Source: Macrostomum hystrix (Eukaryota; Animalia; Platyhelminthes). From it: a DNA stretch of 64,000 bases. Location of the stretch: contig CATNEN010000034.1 of NCBI GenBank assembly GCA_950097015.1, forward strand, positions 496,001 to 560,000, written 5' to 3'. How positions within the stretch are numbered: position 1 is the stretch's first letter; every line of letters begins with the position of its first letter. The translations under genes were made by a program, and so were the position numbers. Shown here piece by piece: positions 49,951 through 59,400 of this stretch. The notes under the pieces are model-generated. The model was not told the DNA's origin, did no database searches, and saw only the letters and a list, made by a program, of their open reading frames with translations.

Positions 49951-51292
49951 GGGGTGAGTAGCAGTGGCGGTCAACGCGTTTGCCTATCGCACGAAGGTCT
50001 CGGAGCTCGATTCCGCAGCGAGGTCACATTCATTTTGGGGAACACAAGCCTTCCGCAGTGAGAAGTCGTGCAGTTTAAGCCCTTGAGGGCCAAGCTCCAA
50101 GGCACAGTGAGAGTGTACACTGCCTGACAATGAGAAAGTCATTGCAGATGTACACACCTGTGTGAGCGTATGCCTGCTTACGGTATTTGTGTGCGTGTGT
50201 GCTCAGGAGTCAGCGAAATGGGCAAAATTGCCTCCTCGCTGGCTGCAGGTAGGGGTCCCAAATCCCGGACATTTTACAATCCCGGGATCCCGGACAAAAA
50301 AATGACCCAATCCCGGGATCCCGGGCCAATCCCGGGATTGAACAAACAAATTTACCGGAAGCGTTCCATTGTCCAAAAAAACAAATTTCTCAACCAATTG
50401 AGCATCATTTGGGTTTCTACTTTCCAGCTTACACTGCATTGATAAAAGAGTTAAAGATAGTTCATATCAATTATCCTTGGTCACTTAATTCTTGTTGTCA
50501 CAATTGTCACATTCCTTCCTTCCATCGATGGATTCGATGCAATATATTTCCATCCATATTTCCATTTCCAAGTACATAGAATTGACATTTGATTTGACAC
50601 TATAGCAGTCAGCACGCAAGCTACTTTTTGTGGTCAGCAAAGTGGGCTCTTTTTTATCGTATCGTTGATTCAAACAAATGTATTGCTTGCGTTGCCAGTT
50701 TCCTTCCAGTTGTTTATCATTTCTATGCAAGTTAAATTTTATAGGGATAACCCACCCCAAGGTCATGACTCATGAGTCTTGGCTTTCTAATCCTTGTGCG
50801 CTGTTCAGCAGTGTTCAGTGTTCACTATCCATGTACAGTTGTACATACATACTAAACAACACCCTCCTCACCCCTTGGATTAGAAGGTTAGAAATTAGAA
50901 CTGCATACGCTGCGCTGGTGCCTCTGCCCCCAACACAGACAACCTCACACACACAGAGGCGCAGACTCAGCAGAACCCAGTCCCCACCCCACCCCACCCC
51001 CTTTTTCTGCCTCATTTCTTTTCCTTAGTTGCGGGCGTTCGGCGTGGCCCGGGCCAGTGGGCCCAGTCACCCCAGTGTCCATCTAGGCCATCGGCCATCG
51101 CCATGTGAATTCCAATCCCGTGTTTACCGGGATCCCGGACCCCTAATCCCGGGATCTCGAACACTAACAAAAAGCCGGGATCCCGGGGATCCCGGGATTC
51201 CGGGATCCCGGGATTGGGACCCCTAGCTGCAGGTCTAGTGTCACCAAATCATGTGCAATTGCCTGCAGCCATCCTGCAATAATAGTTATTAT
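49951..51292 (+). mobile_element. tRNA-Val-like SINE in the centrin intron, interrupted by a MITE
   Basis: Head matches 6632-6740; AAT-rich tail at 51278-51295. Continuity of the SINE beyond the MITE is inferred, not shown. Confidence 0.6.
50250..51225. mobile_element. Non-autonomous hAT-type MITE (976 bp)
   Basis: TIRs TAGGGGTCCCAA(A)TCCCGG; 8-bp TSD GCTGCAGG at 50242-50249 and 51226-51233; subterminal ATCCCGGGAT palindromes; no transposase. Confidence 0.92.
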
Positions 51293-51391
51293 TAACCACC
51301 GTCCCTTCCAGTCCTCATCGTGTTGTTATTTTCTCTTTATCCAAGTTATCCGAATCCACACTGCTCCACTTATCCCCACTCGCTAACCCAG

Positions 51392-51666
51392 GCACAATAG
51401 ATTTCAACGACTTCCTGAGCATGATGACGAGCAAGATGACGGAGAAGGACTCCAAAGAGGAGATTTTAAAAGCCTTCCGACTATTTGACGACGATGAGAC
51501 CGGGAAAATATCCTTCAAGAACCTCAAACGCGTAGCTAAAGAGCTGGGCGAGAATCTCACAGACGAAGAGCTGCAGGAAATGATCGACGAAGCCGATCGT
51601 GACGGCGACGGCGAGATTAACGAGGCCGAGTTTCTGCGGATTATGAAGAAGACCAGCTTGTATTGA
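51392..51666 (+). CDS. CETN2: Centrin, last exon
   Basis: CTAACCCAG| acceptor phase 1; [70 protein letters not shown], the canonical centrin C-terminus. Confidence 0.97.
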
Positions 51667-52414
51667 GTTGCTTATTATTATTTGCCACTCTTGCAAGGGT
51701 AGCCCCATGATGCTGAGCCGTTCCCTCAAATTTTTCGTGGCGATCAAACAAAAAAATGAATATTAACAAAATTCTGATTACTCTGAAAGCTAACCATAAA
51801 ATTTCCTGCAGGTGTTTTTTCTCTTCTTAGCTAGCTTTAAATCGACAATTCCATTTTTTGTTATAACTGTGTTAAATTTCCAAGAATTTCTTCAAAGAAA
51901 ATTGGCAAAATTCTAGTGTAAGCTATAAAAAATCTTACTCCTTGTGTGTCTCAGCTTTTTATGTCAATCTATGTCTCTATTTTAACAGTAAATTGTATAT
52001 AAACTACTGTTAGTAGTTCTGCGTGTTGTTTTAATTCCATACTCAATGACTTACAACGACGTATATTTAGTAAAGTTCCTGTGCTTTTTATAGAAGTGGC
52101 AGTTTTCAAGCGGGTTCCAAATTAACAAATATATTTCGGTTAAAAATACTTTGTGGTAGGTCTGGCATTTCTAAGCATTCTCGCAGTGAAGTGTTACTTT
52201 TTCCGAGCTATATTTAAAATGTTTTTTAAACCTCGTGATATCAAAATCTTATTGTTAGTTATTCAAAGCATAAGTTTACAGCTGCCATATATAGTAGGAA
52301 TGGCCTTCTTATAATAAGACCCGACCAATGACTTCTGTTCTGTGCTGTTATACCGTTACTGACTTTTCATTTGATTTGATTTTGTTTATATTTATTTAGT
52401 AGGTGCTACTTCCC

Positions 52415-52710
52415 GCAACCAACAACCCGAACTGCATTCCCTACCTGCAATCAACAACCCGAACTGCATTCCCTACCTGCAACCAACAACCCGAACATTA
52501 CTCCCTTCCTGCAACCTACAACCCGAACATTACTCCCTCCCTGCAACCTACAACCCGAACATTACTCCCTCCCTGCAACCTACAACCCGAACATTACTCC
52601 CTCCCTGCAACCTACAACCCGAACATTACTCCCTTCCTGCAACCTACAACCCGAACATTACTCCCTTCCTGCAACCTACAACCCGAACATTACTCCCTCC
52701 CTGTAGCCTA
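52415..52710. repeat. 32-bp minisatellite upstream of NUDT17
   Basis: Unit CAACCCGAACATTACTCCCTTCCTGCAACCTA, about 9 copies. Confidence 0.92.
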
Positions 52711-52812
52711 TAACCGAATCTCACTTCCTCTTTGTGAATTAATCTGGATCTAATTTTAAGATGTAAATGATTAAAGTAGATGCACAGAGTTAAACGTTTT
52801 TCAACACCACAG

Positions 52813-53613
52813 CGGCTCAGCATTCGCCGAATCCCCATGTTCGTGTACAGCCCAGCCGAAGACCGCTATCTAGGCTTCGCCGAGTCCCTGCTGACCTGCG
52901 TGCAGCGACTCGGCGCGCCGCCTGGAGCCCGACGGCCAGGCCGTTGCGCCCGCGTCACCATCGACCTGCTGCCCGATCGCGTCTGTCTGTCGCCGCTCCG
53001 CCCAGACTTTCATTCGCCCTCGTCATCTACAATGGCGATATCCACGCATCACACTGAGCTGCACAGGCCGGCTGGCTGTCCCGTGGCCCACATCGCCGCC
53101 GGCGCTGCCGACCTACCGACGCGACCGCCGACGCCGAACGACAATCATCGACGCTTCACTCGCGTGGCCTCGGCGGCCGCTGTCCTGTTGGAGTCCTCCG
53201 ATGGCCGCCTCCTCCTCACCAGACGGCCGCCTGGCATGGCGGCTTTCCCCGGCGTCTGGGTGCCGCCAGGAGGCCACTTGGAGCCCGGCGAGACTGCGGC
53301 CCAGGCAGCCGCTCGCGAACTGGTCGAAGAGGTCGGCCTGGCCCTGCCGTCCAAGAATGCCGAAGAATCCGTCCGGCTACTCACGGCCTGGGAGTCCGTC
53401 TATCCGGCCAGTTTAGACATTGGCTGGCCAGCTAGGCACCATCTGGTGCTGTACTTTTACGCCAAGCTGGACCAAACCGCTGCGGAGTTGACCCAGCTTG
53501 CTAAGCCGGAGCCGCGCGAAGTTGACCGGCTAGTTTGGCTGGACCGGTCTCTGGCCGGGCGCATCGGCCAAACCCTGCTCATCGAGGAGGGCGATACTCT
53601 GGATGACGGCGCT
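52813..53613 (+). CDS. NUDT17: NUDT17-like Nudix hydrolase, main exon (start uncertain: ATG 52780, ATG 52837, or acceptor at 52812)
   Basis: Nudix box GGHLEPGETAAQAAARELVEEVGL; NUDT17-like LHRPAGCP, LLTRR, WVPPGGH and WESVYP...HHLVLYF; donor GCT|GTATGT phase 0. Confidence 0.88.
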
Positions 53614-53646
53614 GTATGTCAACGCGTCTCTTTGTTCTATTTTTAA

Positions 53647-55232
53647 CAATATCCACACGACCAGCTCTGGTGAGGGTTGTCCTATCGACCCTTTGCATTT
53701 CTATTTTTAGCAATATCCACACGACCAGCTCTGGTGAGGGTTGTCCTATCGACCCTTTGCATTTCTATTTTTAGCAATATCCACACGACCAGCTCTGGTG
53801 AGGGTTGTCCTATCGACCCTTTGCATTTCTATTTTTAGCAATGTCCACACGACCAGCTCTGGTGAGGGTTGTCCTATCGACCCTTTGCATTTCTATTTTT
53901 AGCAATGTCCACACGACCAGCTCTGGTGAGGGTTGTCCTATCGACCCTTTGCATTTCTATTTTTAGCAATGTCCACACGACCAGCTCTGGTGAGGGTTGT
54001 CCTATCGACCCTTTGCATTTCTATTTTTAGCAATGTCCACACGACCAGCTCTGGTGAGGGTTGTCCTATCGACCCTTTGCATTTCTATTTTTAGCAATGT
54101 CCACACGACCAGCTCTGGTGAGGGTTGTCCTATCGACCCTTTGCATTTCTATTTTTAGCAATATCCACACGACCAGCTCTGGTGAGGGTTGTCCTATCGA
54201 CCCTTTGCATTTCTATTTTTAGCAATGTCCACACGACCAGCTCTGGTGAGGGTTGTCCTATCGACCCTTTGCATTTCTATTTTTAGCAATGTCCACACGA
54301 CCAGCTCTGGTGAGGGTTGTCCTATCGACCCTTTGCATTTCTATTTTTAGCAATGTCCACACGACCAGCTCTGGTGAGGGTTGTCCTATCGACCCTTTGC
54401 ATTTCTATTTTTAGCAATGTCCACACGACCAGCTCTGGTGAGGGTTGTCCTATCGACCCTTTGCATTTCTATTTTTAGCAATGTCCACACGACCAGCTCT
54501 GGTGAGGGTTGTCCTATCGACCCTTTGCATTTCTATTTTTAGCAATGTCCACACGACCAGCTCTGGTGAGGGTTGTCCTATCGACCCTTTGCATTTCTAT
54601 TTTTAGCAATGTCCACACGACCAGCTCTGGTGAGGGTTGTCCTATCGACCCTTTGCATTTCTATTTTTAGCAATGTCCACACGACCAGCTCTGGTGAGGG
54701 TTGTCCTATCGACCCTTTGCATTTCTATTTTTAGCAATGTCCACACGACCAGCTCTGGTGAGGGTTGTCCTATCGACCCTTTGCATTTCTATTTTTAGCA
54801 ATATCCACACGACCAGCTCTGGTGAGGGTTGTCCTATCGACCCTTTGCATTTCTATTTTTAGCAATGTCCACACGACCAGCTCTGGTGAGGGTTGTCCTA
54901 TCGACCCTTTGCATTTCTATTTTTAGCAATGTCCACACGACCAGCTCTGGTGAGGGTTGTCCTATCGACCCTTTGCATTTCTATTTTTAGCAATGTCCAC
55001 ACGACCAGCTCTGGTGAGGGTTGTCCTATCGACCCTTTGCATTTCTATTTTTAGCAATGTCCACACGACCAGCTCTGGTGAGGGTTGTCCTATCGACTCT
55101 TTGCATTTCTATTTTTAGCAATGTCCACACGACCAGCTCTGGTGAGGGTTGTCCTATCGACCCTTTGCATTTCTATTTTTAGCAATGTCCACACGACCAG
55201 CTCTGGTGAGGGTTGTCCTATCGACTCTTTGC
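53647..55232 (+). repeat. 64-bp x25 array; unit is a 23-nt candidate micro-exon plus a 41-nt GT-AG mini-intron
   Basis: TTTTTAG|CAAT(G/A)TCCACACGACCAGCTCTG|GTGAGGGTTGTCCTATCGACCCTTTGCATTTCTATTTTTAG; copies at 53647+64n up to 55183. Confidence 0.97.
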
Positions 55233-55334
55233 ACTTTGCATCCACACAAACAGCTCTTCTGAGGGCTCCCCTATAGAAACTTTGCAGTTAATTGCAGCAT
55301 TCATGCTTTGATTATTTGATGACTAATTCTGTAG

Positions 55335-55533
55335 CTGCCTTCGACACATGTTGCAGATGTTAGGCCAGGCAGGCGATGAAACTGTGCCTAGTTGGACTCT
55401 AGACCGTACTGAGGTTCCAGTGCCCGTGGCCCAGCTGCTCAGTTGCCGGCCGGATGCGCTTGACCGTGTCACCACCGGGACCAAGATGGCTCTGTTGGAA
55501 TGGCTTCGGCTGACTGAAGCCTCAAGCTGCTAA
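55335..55533 (+). CDS. NUDT17: NUDT17-like, last exon (alternative phase-0 acceptor at 55356)
   Basis: GACTAATTCTGTAG| acceptor with branch point; DRVTTGTKMALLEWL resembles the NUDT17 C-terminal motif; AATAAA follows near 55577. Confidence 0.78.
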
Positions 55534-55732
55534 CTTTCGAGGACATCTGATCTAGTGATTGTGTAGTATAATTGAAATAAATATCTAATTGAAAAGTTTC
55601 TAACAAAACTTATTTTGCAGTTCCAAAAAACCAACAACACTTTATTTGTCTACTTATTAGAGAGCTAGCTGTTCGCTTTTTGGTTAGTTAAAACCAACGA
55701 ATTACATAACTCAGTTTTAAAAATGCTCGAAT

Positions 55733-55898
55733 TGGTCAGTTTAGAAAAGAACTGTCACTCTCTAATTGGTCAGTTTAGAAAAGAACTGCCACTCTCTAAT
55801 TGGTCAGTTTAGAAAAGAACTGTCACTCTCTAATTGGTCAGTTTAGAAAAGAACTGTCACTCTCTAATTGGTCAGTTTAGAAAAGAACTGTCACTCTC
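55733..55898. repeat. 34-bp satellite, left part (split by the LTR element)
   Basis: Unit CACTCTCTAATTGGTCAGTTTAGAAAAGAACTG(T/C). Confidence 0.93.
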
Positions 55899-56206
55899 TG
55901 TCGCTTGGACAACAAACTAATTAGCAGTTTGGATGGAGTTTATTTAGTGGCAGTGGAAGGAAAAGGTGAGGCAGATAGAAAGGAACATGGACACGCTTGA
56001 GGGCACGCTTACACGCTAAGAGAACCTGTAACGGAGAGGTGGTCTTGTACATAGATATAAAAGTGGTAAACGCAAATGGATGAGGTCACAGACAATAAAT
56101 AAGGTTAGCTGCAACTAATGTGTTAAGGGGACTAAAAGTACATGAAAACGTAAGACGAAGACGAAGGCCCAAAAGAGGCGAAGAATTGGAGGATTATAAT
56201 CCGACA
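55899..56206 (-). repeat. 3' LTR, 308 bp
   Basis: Identical by eye to 62168-62475; AATAAA near its sense-strand 3' end. Confidence 0.97.
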
Positions 56207-56416
56207 GGTTCGGGGGGGGCACGAATAACACAAAACATTGGAAGATGAATTCTGACATTTTCCGGGGAGGGCGGAGGACAACAGGCAAAACTGAGTTCAC
56301 AACGAAAAGTAGTTGGCTAGCACGGGTGGTCGGATGAACTTCGGGAGCGGTTAAAGCTTTAAACATAGTCAATTGGTCAATTTATTCGTCACAGTAGTAA
56401 AATTGATAAGCATTAG

Positions 56417-59400
56417 TCACATGTCACAGATGCCATCGCGAATCGCCTGGCGGCGAAAGGCGCGAAGATCTCTGGCAGAGAGGCCGTCGGCGGTGCCGGC
56501 CGCTTCGGTGGTGCTAGCCGACGAGCCGGCGGACGAACCGGCTGATAAGCCGGCGGATGAGCTGGTGGACGAGCCTGTGGACGAGCCGGGTAGACCCGCC
56601 GCCAGAACGATGGGCTGTGAAGCGCCGGTGTCGCACTCGAGCGGGACGAGGTGGGCAACGGATCGGCAGACCTCGTGGCCAGAAGTTGTGCGGATGGTGA
56701 CGTACCGGATGATGCCAGCGGGATCCGGGTGCAGTTGGAGGATGCGGCACAGCTTCCATGTCGCTCTGGGCGTCGGTTCGGCAAGGAGGCAGACCTGGTC
56801 GAGGTGGAACTCACTGGCGTTCTGGCGGTGGCGGCGCCGCTCTTGAAGATGGACAGAACGGAGGTGATTGAGGTACTCTCGGTTCCACCGGTCCCAGAAC
56901 GCGTTGAGGATGGCGTCGCGGCGGCGATGAAGAGCTCGAAGATGGTCCGCCGCGGAGGTGCCGGCTGGTAGAAAGGTGTCGTCGTTGACTGGAAGGAGCA
57001 GGTGAGGGCCAACCCCGAGGAGATGAGCCGGAGTCAGCGGTGATGGATCTGCCGGGTCGTTGGAGACGGTTGTCAGTGGCCGGCAGTTTAGTATGGCCTC
57101 GATCTTGACGAGGAGAGTGTGCAGCTCTTCATCGGATATACGCTTGCGCCAGAGGGCAGGACGAAGGCTGGACTTGGTGAGGGCGACGAGCCGCTCGACT
57201 GCCCCTTGGTGCCAGGGAGCTCGGACTGGCGCGAACTTAAACACGAGGGGTCGCGCTGCAGCCAGCGGCTGAAGGTCGGCATGAAGCTTTTTCTGGAAGG
57301 CGGTGGCGATGTGGCTCTCCACGTACTTGCCGGCGGCTTGGAAGGCGGTGGCCTGGTCGAGGTAGACAGCACATTTGGTGAGACCGCGGCGGCACCAGAA
57401 GCGCTCGAAGGCATGGAGTACAGCATCGGCGGAGTAGTCGTAGAGGGTCTCGATGTGAAGAGCTCTTGTCGTGCAGCAGGTGACGAGCAGGGCCCAGCGC
57501 TTGGTGGAGAGTCGAAGCTTGCGGTCGTAGGTGAAGACGGGCCCGAGCTGGTCGACGAGCACGGAGGCGAAGGGACCAGCTTCAGCATCGAGTCGCTCCT
57601 TGGGTAGCTGGCCATGTCCTGGTGGTGCTCGGGTTGAGCCTTTGGCGAGGCGGCACTGGATGCAGCTTGAGAGTGCTTCACGGACTGTCAGTAGGCCTTT
57701 CGGCACCCAGTATTTGTCGCGAAGCATTGCGAGGACGGTTGAGGCACCTGCGTGGCTGCTTTGACGGTGGAGGAGCAGGGCAAGCAGCCGGGTCAGGCAG
57801 TGGCCAGGTGGCAGCAGGAGCGGGTACTTGGAGTCTTCGTCCATGGAAGCGTTGGCAAAGCGACTACCCAAGCGGATGAGGCCGTCACAGAGATGAAGGT
57901 CCAGCTGGGCAATGATCTTCTCGGATTTAGGTCGGCCGGACTCGAGGGCTCGGATGACAGCACCGTAGCACTCAGTCTGGGCTGATCGAATCCAAAGAAG
58001 CAAGGCCGCCTGACGCTCAGCATGGGAAGGCGGGAAGTCCTTCGAGAATGGCCGGCGCAGCATGAAGGCCTTCAGACGGAGGAAGTAGCAGGTGACACCT
58101 AGAATGCGTTCTAGCCGGTCGGAGCGTCTGAGGCTCAGGTGGCCAGGCGTCGTGTGGGTGGTGGATCCCGCAGCGAGTAGAGTGGCGACGGATGCTGTAG
58201 CCGTCTTACTGGTCGGAACGCCGTCCAGAAGACGAGGATCAGGCATTGCAGCGGTCCAGGAAAGCCACTCGGTGAATGGCTCCTTGAGGAAGGCAGGTCC
58301 CTCGTAGTAGTTGGACTGTTGCAGTTGAGCAAAGCTGAGCGGCTTTGTGCAGTGGTCGGCAGGGTTCGCGGCCGTGGGCACGTAGCGGTAGTCACGGGTC
58401 ACGTCGGAGTCGAGGATCTGCTGAACGCGACGCGACTCGTAGGCACGGAGCTTTTTCCCGTTGGCAAGCCAGTAGAGCACGATCTGGCTGTCGATAAAAT
58501 GAGTGACCCCTTCGAACTTAAGGTGGTTTCGCAGAGCATCGAGAATGAAAGATGCGGCGCGGGTGGCGATGAGGGCGGACCAGAGCTCGAGGCGTGGGAC
58601 GGTGACGAGCAGGCCTTTCCTAGCTGTAGGGGCAAGGCGGGTCTTGGCAAAGACGAGGCGGCAGGTGATGTTAGAGCCGAGGCACTGCCAGATATAGATG
58701 GTGAACCCGTAGGCGCCTGGGGCACCGTCAGAGAAGACAACGAGGCGGGCCGGTTGGTCAGCATCCTGGAGAGCGAAGCGTGGGACAGTGATCTCGTCGA
58801 GGCGGAGGAGGTCGGGCAAAAGTTTGGCCCATGCCGCACGGACCTCGGGACGGACGGCTTCATCCCAGGAGTCTGAGGCTTGGAAGCTCTGGCGATAGAG
58901 GAGGCGGGCGCCGAGGATGAGCGGCGTGGCGTAGCCAACCGGGTCGAAAGGGGTGTAGACACCTCTGCAAAGAGTACGGCGGGTCAGCTCCTCGGGGCTC
59001 GGTAGGTTAGGCTTCTTGAGGGAGACGGCGTCGCGAACTGTGTCCCATCTGAGTCCTAGGAGGCCAACCGGGTTGTCGGCGAGGCGGTCCTCATCGGGGA
59101 GGTCAACGAGACAGCCGGGGATGTTGGTGGCGAACTCGCGGAGGTGGAAGCAAGCGCGATGGAAGAGCCCACGAAGGCGATGGACGAGGCGAGTCGCATC
59201 GTGTTCGGTGTCGGTGCCAACAACGAGATTGTCGACGTAGAGACCGCCTATGACGCGCTCGAGCTCAGTGCGGTAAAGGCCGGAGTCTCTGGAGCTTAGA
59301 GCATCGTGGCAGATCTTGTGGAGGACTGCTAAAAGTATCCAGGGGCTGGGAGATGCCCCCATGACAATTCGAGTAAAGCGCCAGACCTCGTAATTGCCCT

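Noticed and set aside
52780-53646. NUDT17 as a single-exon 288-aa ORF
   Set aside because: The last codons run through a GTATGT donor into intron-like sequence, and the conserved C-terminal motif lies in the exon at 55335-55533.
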